A DNA stretch of 64,000 nt from Bacteroidota bacterium (lineage in GTDB: Bacteria; Bacteroidota; Ignavibacteria; SZUA-365). Each line of letters begins with the position of its first letter. Position 1 is the stretch's first letter. The translations under genes and the position numbers were made by a program. Under the pieces are notes generated by a model. It searched no databases. It was not told the origin of the DNA and saw only the letters and a list, made by a program, of their open reading frames with translations. The stretch covers positions 33,695-97,694 of the forward strand of contig JBATDG010000087.1 of assembly GCA_049663345.1 (NCBI GenBank), given 5' to 3'. Below are positions 37,530 through 46,187 of this stretch, one piece after another.

Positions 37530-38912
37530 ATGCCGGAAAAAGAGAAAATTGATGTCCTGATTGTCGATGATGAGGAGCAGATCTGTTTCGTGCTCACTCA
37601 TCTGCTTAAAGTGCATGGCTATGGCTCACGCATAGCGCCCCGCGGAGACCGTGCACTGCGGATGATTGAGGATCAGCGCCCGGATCTCATTATCATGGAT
37701 ATTCGGATGCCGGGAATGAGCGGCTTTGATGTGCTCGAACGTATCCGGGAGTTTGATACAGATGTTCCTGTAATCCTGATGACAGCCCTGCCGGGGGTGC
37801 GTGATGCAGTCCACGCAATGAAGGCGACGGCTTTCGACTACATTGCAAAACCATTCGACAATAACCACATGGTCGGAACAGTTGAACGCGCACTTAGTGT
37901 TGCAGCAGACCTGCGCCGGAATGAAAAATATACAGACCGGTCGCCGGAGCCGCTTCACCCGCTGTTCGCGGCTATGGGCAGCAGCCTGGCCGTACGAAGA
38001 CTTGCGCGTGAAAGCGGACGAATCGCGAATTCTGCTAATCCGGTAATGATCATTGGAGAAATCGGAACAGGCAAGCGCCACCTCGGAAAAATTCTTCATA
38101 CACTCAGTGAACGCCAGGGATCCTTTCTCAACATCGATTGCACAGGCGCTAGCGAATTGATCCTGCGGCAGGAACTGTTCGGTTCCGCTATCGGAACCGG
38201 GCACCGAGGGAAGCTTGAACTGGCGGATCAGGGCACGCTTCTTCTTGATGAGGTTTCAGAGATTCCGTGGACGTTCCAGGAAATCCTCTCCGAAGCCCTG
38301 CATCAAAAGGAATTCTCCGCACCAGCCAGCGAAGAGATGATCCCGATTGCATGCCGACTTCTTTTCGCTTCGAGTATTGCACCGGATAGAGGTATCGATG
38401 GCAACTTCCTGACGCCTCGTTTCCGTGAGCTTTTCGGAGAAGCGATCATCGAAGTGCCGCCGCTCCGGGAACGGCATGAGGACATCCCCATCCTCGCTCT
38501 GGAATTTCTCCAGGATGCGAACAGGGAGCTGGGGCGAAATATGGTAGTGATCTCGGATGCCGCACTCGAAAAGTTGGTTTCCTATCATTGGCCTGGAAAT
38601 GTGCATCAGCTTAAATCCACGATTCGGCGAGCCACTCTGACCTCCAAGGATACTATCGGGATCGATGACATCGATCTCCCGATTTCTCACCACGATGCAA
38701 CGATGGATGACGGTATTGCTGCAAGCGTCGCTGTCGCCGGCGCTCCGCTGAAGGAACAAGTGAAGCGGCATATTGCCGAGGTCGAAAGGCAGCTCGTCTT
38801 TGAAACACTGCGGCAAACTGGCTGGAATAAAGCCCAGGCCTCAAGACTTCTGGGAGTTACGTATAAAACATTATTGAAAAAAGTCAGCGATTATGGCCTC
38901 GAACGACAATAA
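37530..38912 (+). CDS. Sigma-54-interaction-domain response regulator homologue (REC-AAA+-HTH) whose GAFTGA loop is deleted or degenerate
   Basis: REC (DLIIMDIRMPG), Walker A GEIGTGKR and a Fis-type HTH. The segment equivalent to ESELFGHEKGAFTGA reads QELFGSAIGTGHRG. Confidence 0.8.
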   Translation: MPEKEKIDVLIVDDEEQICFVLTHLLKVHGYGSRIAPRGDRALRMIEDQRPDLIIMDIRMPGMSGFDVLERIREFDTDVPVILMTALPGVRDAVHAMKATAFDYIAKPFDNNHMVGTVERALSVAADLRRNEKYTDRSPEPLHPLFAAMGSSLAVRRLARESGRIANSANPVMIIGEIGTGKRHLGKILHTLSERQGSFLNIDCTGASELILRQELFGSAIGTGHRGKLELADQGTLLLDEVSEIPWTFQEILSEALHQKEFSAPASEEMIPIACRLLFASSIAPDRGIDGNFLTPRFRELFGEAIIEVPPLRERHEDIPILALEFLQDANRELGRNMVVISDAALEKLVSYHWPGNVHQLKSTIRRATLTSKDTIGIDDIDLPISHHDATMDDGIAASVAVAGAPLKEQVKRHIAEVERQLVFETLRQTGWNKAQASRLLGVTYKTLLKKVSDYGLERQ

Positions 38913-38948
38913 GCTGCCCTTCCACAGTACTCTGATGGAGGCTTCATT

Positions 38949-40016
38949 GTGAAAAAGAAAATTCCACAAATTCCCGTGCAGCTCGAACAGCTGCTTCAAA
39001 TCCTTCCTGACGCCGCGTACATTCTCGATGGCGCGGGAATTATTCTCTATGCAAATCCAGCCGTCCACAGGCATACCGGATGGGAATCAGCCCAGCTGGT
39101 CGGTCAGTGCGTCGCTGATTCGCTGCTTTTTGCGCTCCCGTTTCGTTCGTCACTCATGGGCAGCCTCCTCGAGCAAGGAGTGTGGGAGGGTGAATCCGAG
39201 CGGATCCGCCCCGATGGCAGTCTCAACACAGTCCAGGCGCTTTGGCAGGGTCTCCCGGATCCGGATGGGGCCGCAAGATTCATCGGCATAGATCGGGACA
39301 TCTCGGAACTCCGCACACAGGAGCTTGAACTACAGCAGTGCCGCAAACTCGCAAAGATCGGCATCCTCTCTGAAGGTATCGCACACGAATTGCGGAATCC
39401 GCTGAGCTACGCGCTTTCCGCCGCACAGCTTCTCAACGAAGATACGCTGCCGGAGGAAGTGCGCCAGAAATGTGTTCAAACCATCACAATGGGTGTAAAA
39501 AAAGCTGGACTGATTGTCGAAAACATGCTTTCGCTCGGTAGGCCACAAACACAGATTACACGGCAGCGAGTCAACATCGTGCTCGTTCTCGCAGAGGCTA
39601 TTGAAGCGGCCTCATCGCATGCGAACTATTCCGCTGTCCGTATTTTTCAGCGTCTTCCCGGCGAAACATTATTCGTCTCTGGTAATCACGATATGCTTGT
39701 TCAGGTTTTTCATAACGTCATCACCAATGCCCTGAATGAAATGCCGAACGGCGGCAGCATTACGGTGAGCGGGGAAAATAGCACTGATAGTATTCGGATA
39801 TCTGTGTCTGATACGGGCCCCGGCATACCTGAGGAGCATATCGACAAGCTCTTCGATCCGTTTTATTCAGCGTCTTCGTCCGGTACAGGCACCGGTCTGG
39901 GACTGACGCTCAGCTACTTTATCATGAAAGAGCATGCGGGAAGTATCGAAGTGGAAGCGCACCCGGGTTCGGGTGCAACATTTGTACTGACTTTCCCCGG
40001 GTTCAACGAATCGTAA
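38949..40016 (+). CDS. Cytoplasmic PAS sensor histidine kinase
   Basis: A PAS-like N-terminus, H-box LAKIGILSEGIAHELRNPL and HATPase_c motifs (DTGPGIPEEHIDKLFDPFY..GTGLGL). Confidence 0.85.
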   Translation: MKKKIPQIPVQLEQLLQILPDAAYILDGAGIILYANPAVHRHTGWESAQLVGQCVADSLLFALPFRSSLMGSLLEQGVWEGESERIRPDGSLNTVQALWQGLPDPDGAARFIGIDRDISELRTQELELQQCRKLAKIGILSEGIAHELRNPLSYALSAAQLLNEDTLPEEVRQKCVQTITMGVKKAGLIVENMLSLGRPQTQITRQRVNIVLVLAEAIEAASSHANYSAVRIFQRLPGETLFVSGNHDMLVQVFHNVITNALNEMPNGGSITVSGENSTDSIRISVSDTGPGIPEEHIDKLFDPFYSASSSGTGTGLGLTLSYFIMKEHAGSIEVEAHPGSGATFVLTFPGFNES

Positions 40017-40174
40017 CCCGGCAGCCTGTCCCGCCTGAGCAAATCAAGAACAGGGCTGATCGATCTGAACCAGATGCTCCGGCAGGTTGTTCTTCCTATA
40101 TTGCATTGTTTGCATGCATTCCTACCTGAAGCGTGCATCGAATTTTTCCGTTCACGAGTTTTTTAGGAGTATTC

Positions 40175-41281
40175 ATGGCAGTCGTCGCCAACTTTAATCA
40201 ACAGGATGTTCTCAATGCCCTGCGCGTTGTGCAGGCTCCCTATATGAGTATCGATGTGGCAGCAGCGGATATGGTCCGCGATATCGTCATTACCGATGCG
40301 GATGTGCGTTTCACCCTTGATATGAAAATTCCTCCCGCCTTCGTCCAGTCGAATCTTGAGGTTCAGCTGCGAAAGGCACTGCAGGACCACCTTCCAGGTC
40401 TGGGAGAAATAACGATCGATCTAACCGTCAGCATCCCTTCGGCGGGTGAAGCGATGAAAAAGAGCGTCGTACCAGGCGTGCGGAACACCATCGCGATATC
40501 GAGCGGAAAGGGCGGGGTAGGAAAGTCTACCGTGGCAGTCAATCTGGCTGTTGCGCTTGCTCAGTCCGGCGCCCGCGTAGGATTGATCGATGCCGATATT
40601 TATGGCCCCAGTATTCCACTGATGATGAACGTGCAAACTCAGCCGCGCGCCTATTCCGAAGGCGGAAAGACACGCATGCTGCCGGTGGAAAGCTATGGCG
40701 TGCAGCTGATGTCGATCGGATTTCTCGTGCGACCTGAGGACGCCCTCATTTGGCGCGGCCCGATGGCCAGCGGTGCACTCAAGCAATTTCTCTCCGATGT
40801 TGACTGGGACGAACTAGACTACCTGCTGTTCGACATGCCGCCGGGAACCGGAGATATTCAGCTTACACTTTCTCAGTCCCTTCCACTCAGCGGAGCAGTC
40901 ATTGTGACGACACCTCAGGACATTGCGCTGGCCGATGCACGAAAGGGCGTAGCGATGTTCGAGAAGGTGTCGGTACCCATACTCGGCCTGATTGAAAACA
41001 TGTCGTACTACATTTGTTCGCATTGCGGAGAACGCGATGAGATTTTTGATTATGGCGGCGGAAGACGTACGGCGGAAGAATTAGGCGCTCCGTTTCTGGG
41101 CGAAATTCCAATCACGACGCGTGTGCGCGTCGGTGGCGACAAGGGTGTGCCCATCGTGGAGATGGAACCGGAGAGCCCTGTCTCACAGAGTTTCCGTGAA
41201 GCGGCGATGCATCTTGCCGGAAGGATCTCTGAAAGCAATATGCGTCAACCGTCCGCACCTGACATCGATATTTCACTCTGA
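40175..41281 (+). CDS. mrp: Mrp/NBP35-family iron-sulfur cluster carrier ATPase (ApbC)
   Basis: N-terminal DUF59-like domain, P-loop SGKGGVGKST and a CxxC motif (CSHCGE). Confidence 0.85.
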   Translation: MAVVANFNQQDVLNALRVVQAPYMSIDVAAADMVRDIVITDADVRFTLDMKIPPAFVQSNLEVQLRKALQDHLPGLGEITIDLTVSIPSAGEAMKKSVVPGVRNTIAISSGKGGVGKSTVAVNLAVALAQSGARVGLIDADIYGPSIPLMMNVQTQPRAYSEGGKTRMLPVESYGVQLMSIGFLVRPEDALIWRGPMASGALKQFLSDVDWDELDYLLFDMPPGTGDIQLTLSQSLPLSGAVIVTTPQDIALADARKGVAMFEKVSVPILGLIENMSYYICSHCGERDEIFDYGGGRRTAEELGAPFLGEIPITTRVRVGGDKGVPIVEMEPESPVSQSFREAAMHLAGRISESNMRQPSAPDIDISL

Positions 41282-41294
41282 GGGAGGCATCCTC

Positions 41295-41543
41295 ATGCAT
41301 TGCGAGAATCTTGTTGAGACACGGAGCATCCTCATCGCGGCCCTTGATACGGTTCGTCCCTTTCTCAAGAAGGATGGCGGCGATGTCGAACTCGTTTCTG
41401 TTTCCCTGGACGGGATTGTAGAAGTGCGCTTTCTTGGAGAATGTGCAACGTGCTCGCTCTCAATTATGACGCTGCGTGCCGGTATCGAACGAACGCTCAT
41501 GCTCGCATGCCCGGGTGTGCGGCGCATCGAAATGGTAGCGTAA
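41295..41543 (+). CDS. NifU-like (Nfu) Fe-S cluster assembly domain protein
   Basis: DGGDVELVSV...GECATCSLS CxxC motif and an AGGGAGG ribosome-binding site. The listed ORF 41121..41543 was trimmed to ATG 41295. Confidence 0.7.
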   Translation: MHCENLVETRSILIAALDTVRPFLKKDGGDVELVSVSLDGIVEVRFLGECATCSLSIMTLRAGIERTLMLACPGVRRIEMVA

Positions 41544-41621
41544 TGCACTTGCCGCGTATGCCGTTTTTTAGGCAAATTTTTCTAATGTACTTTTCCAGGT
41601 TCATTTTCGCCGGTCTGCAGC

Positions 41622-42545
41622 ATGTCATCTCCAACCCCTGAAAATGTGATTTTCGGAATATTCGGAAATATCGAAAAGCCGGCGGCGCTTGAGGCCGTGC
41701 GTCTGACGCTCGAGTTCATGGAGAAACGCGGCATCAGCTTCATTGTTGAAAAAGAAGTTGCGGATCTTTTCGAGACTCCCGGAGGAGCCGAACGTGACCG
41801 GGCGTCGCGTTCGGAAATTGCCCGACGCGCTGATGTGGTCATTGTCTTTGGCGGTGACGGCACATTGCTTGCCGGAATCCAGCATACGCTATCGCACAGC
41901 ACGCCCCTGTTGGGCGTCAATCTCGGAAAACTCGGCTTCCTCGCGGATGTCGGCGTGGATGAAGTGTTTTGGGCGATCGATGAAATTCTTGCCTCCCGGT
42001 ATACTGTCGAGGAGCGTATGACGCTCTCCGGCCGCAGAGCAGGTGAGGAACACATGTATTCCGCGCTCAATGACATCGTGCTCGCCAAAAGCGGCAAGGC
42101 CAAGGTGATCAGCATTGATGCTTATGTGGACGATGAATTTCTTGCATCGTTTCATGCGGATGGCATCATCATTTCCACTCCCACCGGTTCGACTGCGTAC
42201 TCTCTCGCGACCGGCGGACCTGTAGTCGTGCCGTCCAGCAATGTGATCGTGATAAGTCCGATCAGTGCGCATACCTTGACCGCCCGTCCGGTCATTGTGG
42301 ACGGAGACAGTGTCATCACCGTTTGTGCCAGTACGGAAGAAGGATCGGTCATGGCGATGGCTGATGGTGTGACGATATTGCAGGATCAGACTAGCATTGA
42401 AATTGAGATCTCGCGTGGAATCCACAACGTGGTGCTGGTCAAGGGGCTTGGTCCAAAATACTTTGAAACACTTCGCACGAAGCTCAGCTGGGCACAGGAT
42501 AACCGATTTCGTGCAGAAACCCAGACTCCGCGGAGAACCTACTAA
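41622..42545 (+). CDS. nadK: NAD+ kinase
   Basis: GGDGTLL and NDIV motifs. Confidence 0.85.
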   Translation: MSSPTPENVIFGIFGNIEKPAALEAVRLTLEFMEKRGISFIVEKEVADLFETPGGAERDRASRSEIARRADVVIVFGGDGTLLAGIQHTLSHSTPLLGVNLGKLGFLADVGVDEVFWAIDEILASRYTVEERMTLSGRRAGEEHMYSALNDIVLAKSGKAKVISIDAYVDDEFLASFHADGIIISTPTGSTAYSLATGGPVVVPSSNVIVISPISAHTLTARPVIVDGDSVITVCASTEEGSVMAMADGVTILQDQTSIEIEISRGIHNVVLVKGLGPKYFETLRTKLSWAQDNRFRAETQTPRRTY

Positions 42546-42575
42546 CCGGATATTTTTCCATTCGAGGATACAGTC

Positions 42576-43217
42576 ATGAAAAAGTTTTTAACCATCACTG
42601 CAGTTCTTTTGCTTGCTTCCGCGTCATCGCTGCGCGCGCAGGAGGAAAAAATACTTACAGGTCCCGTTACCGTTGCCGACCTGATTGATCTTCCCGGATG
42701 GTTCGGTGAAGACTATCTCGGATACAAACCGGTGAGCCATTACATAGACCGGATCCCTGATTTGATTAAAGACGTCGACATCGTTTGCGTGCTCGGCACC
42801 TGGTGCTCGGATAGCAAGCGTGATGTCCCTCGAATGATCAGAATATTTCAGACCAAGAATATTCCACCAGAGAAGCTGCAGATGATCGGCGTCGATCGGG
42901 ACAAACGCAGTCCTAACGGCGAGGCCTCGCAATACAACGTGGACCGCGTCCCTACTTTTATTTTCATTCGCAACGGAAGAGAAATCGGCCGCATTGTCGA
43001 AGCTCCGCTTGCGTCACTTGAGAAGGATATGCTCGGAATCATTGACCCGGAAGCAGGGAAAGCGGAAGCAGCGCCTGTCCCTGCCGCCACAAGCGATGAT
43101 GGCTCACAAGTGCTCGACGGCTCTGATCGCGATCCTGAAGAGGTGCGTATGCAGGACGAGAAGAAGCGTCTTGAGCAGGAACGCCAACGGCATGAAGCAG
43201 AGATGCAGAAGAAATAG
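42576..43217 (+). CDS. Secreted thioredoxin-fold protein (monothiol CxxS) with a charged, coiled C-terminal tail
   Basis: Signal peptide, then WCSDS in place of WCxxC, and a C-terminal EEVRMQDEKKRLEQERQRHEAEMQKK. Confidence 0.5.
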   Translation: MKKFLTITAVLLLASASSLRAQEEKILTGPVTVADLIDLPGWFGEDYLGYKPVSHYIDRIPDLIKDVDIVCVLGTWCSDSKRDVPRMIRIFQTKNIPPEKLQMIGVDRDKRSPNGEASQYNVDRVPTFIFIRNGREIGRIVEAPLASLEKDMLGIIDPEAGKAEAAPVPAATSDDGSQVLDGSDRDPEEVRMQDEKKRLEQERQRHEAEMQKK

Positions 43218-43416
43218 TGAAAATGGAAAAGTAACAGTGCATCGGCACGTGTGACAAGAAGAGCGACTTCCCGGTCGCTCTTCTTGTGTTTGTAGGCCTT
43301 CCGCCGTAACTTTCACACTTGCGTCTGGCAAGCAGACAACAATCCTCATCAGAGCCCTTACAAGATTATTCCTATCGTTTTTACATCATCAACGTTTCTT
43401 TACTCAGGAGAATTGT

Positions 43417-45504
43417 ATGGCTGAGACGAAACATGTTCCGTTCGTCCCTGCGGACTCGGATATGAAGGAGTTCACGCTTCGCGCGTTGCTCATCGGTCTC
43501 GTTCTCGCTGTCGTGCTTGGTGCGGCGAATGCATACCTTGGCCTCAAGGCCGGTATGACTATCGCTGCGACCTATCCGGCCGCGGTTATCGGCATGGCCT
43601 TGCTCAAGGCCTTGAAGGGAACGATTCTGGAAGAGAACATGGCGCGAACCGTCGGCTCCATCGGCGAATCCGTCGCAGCAGGCGCGATTTTTACGCTGCC
43701 CGCATTCTTCGTCGCCGGCATCTGGCCGGAGTTCTTTACGACGTCGAATTACATCACCTCAACATTGATCCTGATTTCCGGCGGTGTGCTGGGAATCATG
43801 TTCGTCGCACTTCTGCGGCGAGTGATGGTTGAGGATCCGGAACTCCCGTATCCGGAATCCGTTGCAGCAGCGGAAATTCATAAGGCCGGTCGCGGCGGCG
43901 GCGGCGGATCAAAGTACCTTTTTGGTGCGATGCTCGGCGGCGCCCTCGTCAAAGCACTTGGAGAATTCAATGTTTTCCTTCCGCTGTGGGAACGCTTTAT
44001 TACGTTCTCAAAGACGACGATCACCGGCTTGGAAAAAATTCCTCTGGCTTCGGGCGGCGAAGGTGTCGCAGGAACCGGCGGTATGGTGCTGACCTCTTTC
44101 AAGATCAGTCCTGCCTATGTCGGCGTCGGCTACATTATCGGCCCGAAACTCGCGTCGCTGAACTTCTCCGGCGGTATTATCGCCTGGGGACTTCTCACGC
44201 CCATCATTCTTTATTTCATCGCTCCGTATTTGAACATCGACGGGATGGTGGCTGCCATCATGGCAGCGGATCCTGGCACCACGCTGACCGGTGCGACGGA
44301 GAAGGCATGGATTGACTCCGCGTATGCAGTCTGGAAATTTATCGTACGGCCGATTGCAATCGGTGGTATGCTCGTCGGCGCATCGTTCACGCTGTTCCGT
44401 ATGCGAAACAGTCTTACGGCGGGTATCGCGCGTTCGATCAGCGATGTGAAGAAAGCCGCCTCAGGCAACGCAGCCGATATTGATCGCACGGAGAAGGATA
44501 TCCCCTTCACCTGGACGCTGACCGGTATCTTCGGTGTTGCCGTAGCGACCTTCCTGATCACATTCTACCTTTTCAACACGACGTTCCTGGTCGCCTTTGT
44601 TGCCTCGACGGTAATGATTATCCTGGCGTTTTTCTTCGCTGCGGTATCCGGCTACCTCGTTGGAATCATGGGCTCGAGCAACAACCCGATCAGCGGACTG
44701 ACACTGACCGCCCTGGTCGTAACGGCCCTTATCATGGTGGTGCTCGGTGTTGAAGAAACACAGGGAGTCGCAGCGGTTCTCGGCGTTGCAGCAATTGTAT
44801 GCGTTGCTGCGGCTGTCGCAGGCGAAATGCTGCAGGATCTGAAGGCCGGACATATCCTCGGCGGTACGCCATGGAAAATGGAAATCGGCGACATCATTGG
44901 CGTCGTCCTTGCCGGCATCGTCATGTTTATGGTGCTGGTCTTCCTGAATGACGGTGATATCGCCGCCGGTAAAGTTGCAGGCTATGTCGGCGGTTTCGGC
45001 AGCCGCGAGCTTCCGGCACCGCAGGCGAGTCTCATGGCCATCCTCTCGCGCGGCATCGTCGAACAGCAGATGGCCTGGCCTCTGATTATCGTTGGTATGC
45101 TCATGGGTGCATCGTTCATCTTTATGCAGGTCAAGAGCCCGATGCTCGTCAGCGTCGGTATGTACCTGCCGCTGGAGACAACCTTTGCCATCTTCATCGG
45201 TGGCCTGATGAAAGGCGCAGTTGATATGTACAAGGCAAAGCGCAAGGTTAATGCTGCGCAGGATGCAAGAATCGAGAACACCGGTGTTTTACTTGCCTCC
45301 GGTCTTATTGCCGGAGAGGCGCTTGTGGGGCTTGTATTCGCGGGCTTTGCCGCGTTTGAGATGTTCCCTGGCAAGGTGTTCGAGAATCCGTCCTTCATCG
45401 TCAGTCTTGCCGTTATGGCAGTTATCGGCTGGGTGCTCATCCGCCTTCCGATGAACAATGCCGGCAGTCCCGACGAACCCGCACCGCCCACCGCGGCGCA
45501 CTAA
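43417..45504 (+). CDS. OPT-family oligopeptide transporter
   Basis: 695 aa with about 16 TM helices and a GGGGGS loop. The architecture is typical of the OPT family. Confidence 0.65.
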   Translation: MAETKHVPFVPADSDMKEFTLRALLIGLVLAVVLGAANAYLGLKAGMTIAATYPAAVIGMALLKALKGTILEENMARTVGSIGESVAAGAIFTLPAFFVAGIWPEFFTTSNYITSTLILISGGVLGIMFVALLRRVMVEDPELPYPESVAAAEIHKAGRGGGGGSKYLFGAMLGGALVKALGEFNVFLPLWERFITFSKTTITGLEKIPLASGGEGVAGTGGMVLTSFKISPAYVGVGYIIGPKLASLNFSGGIIAWGLLTPIILYFIAPYLNIDGMVAAIMAADPGTTLTGATEKAWIDSAYAVWKFIVRPIAIGGMLVGASFTLFRMRNSLTAGIARSISDVKKAASGNAADIDRTEKDIPFTWTLTGIFGVAVATFLITFYLFNTTFLVAFVASTVMIILAFFFAAVSGYLVGIMGSSNNPISGLTLTALVVTALIMVVLGVEETQGVAAVLGVAAIVCVAAAVAGEMLQDLKAGHILGGTPWKMEIGDIIGVVLAGIVMFMVLVFLNDGDIAAGKVAGYVGGFGSRELPAPQASLMAILSRGIVEQQMAWPLIIVGMLMGASFIFMQVKSPMLVSVGMYLPLETTFAIFIGGLMKGAVDMYKAKRKVNAAQDARIENTGVLLASGLIAGEALVGLVFAGFAAFEMFPGKVFENPSFIVSLAVMAVIGWVLIRLPMNNAGSPDEPAPPTAAH

Positions 45505-45633
45505 GGTTCACCAACAGTAGTTCACGAAGAATCTCCCGGATGTCCGGGAGATTCTTCGTTTTATCCCGCTCGATCAGTAGATTTCAGAGAAATCCTCCTT
45601 CACCTAGCAAATTACAACGGCATCAGGAAAGTC

Positions 45634-46017
45634 ATGTTCGGTAAAAAGAAAGCAGAAGAAGAAGCACTCAACCTTCTTGAATTGGTGCCTCGCCGCAAGC
45701 GGGAGTTTGAAGTAGACGAAAACAATGTCGTTACGGTCATGATGCCGCGCTTTGAGAACCCCTGGATGCTGAAGAGCTTTGTCCCACGGTGGAAAAGTCC
45801 CTATGTGCGAACGAAACTCGATGACGTCGGCTCGTTTGTCTGGCTGCAATGCGATGGGGAGACGCCCGTCGAAATTATTGCCGAGCGCATGCGCGAACAT
45901 TTCGGTGAAAAAATTGAACCGGCGCATGAACGGCTGAAATTCTTCTTCCAGATGCTCACGCGCCGCACCTGGCTGACGCTGCATCACGCCGACGGCACCG
46001 AGATTTTCAAATCCTGA
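45634..46017 (+). CDS. Standalone PqqD-like (RiPP recognition element, RRE) family protein
   Basis: LDDVGSFVWLQCDGETPVEIIAERMREHFG...RLKFFFQML matches the PqqD winged-helix pattern. Confidence 0.55.
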   Translation: MFGKKKAEEEALNLLELVPRRKREFEVDENNVVTVMMPRFENPWMLKSFVPRWKSPYVRTKLDDVGSFVWLQCDGETPVEIIAERMREHFGEKIEPAHERLKFFFQMLTRRTWLTLHHADGTEIFKS

Positions 46018-46020
46018 TAA

Positions 46021-46162
46021 GATTTTACCGCAGAGGCGCATGAGGCGCACAGAGGATTTTTTAGACGGTCACATCTCGGATGGCTATCATCTAGACCCAT
46101 CACGAGCTCGAAGTGACTATTAAAAACTCTCTGTGCGCCTCAGCGCGCCTCTGCGGTAAAAT
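46021..46162. repeat. Long imperfect inverted repeat (about 34-nt arms, 73-nt spacer) between convergent genes. Each arm also carries the direct repeat GAGGCGC
   Basis: Arm GATTTTACCGCAGAGGCGCATGAGGCGCACAGAG. Its partner is the reverse complement with a 1-nt indel. Confidence 0.8.
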
Positions 46163-46187
46163 CCTCTCCTGCGCCTCTCTTCTCCTC

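Noticed and set aside
40017-40174. TTGCATTGTTTGCATGCA upstream of mrp as a possible sigma-54 -12 element
   Set aside because: No GG-containing -24 box at the correct spacing
41121-41294. Long N-terminal extension of the NifU-like ORF overlapping the end of mrp
   Set aside because: The extension overlaps the upstream gene in another frame. An AGGGAGG ribosome-binding site and ATG at 41295 give the expected ~83-aa Nfu domain
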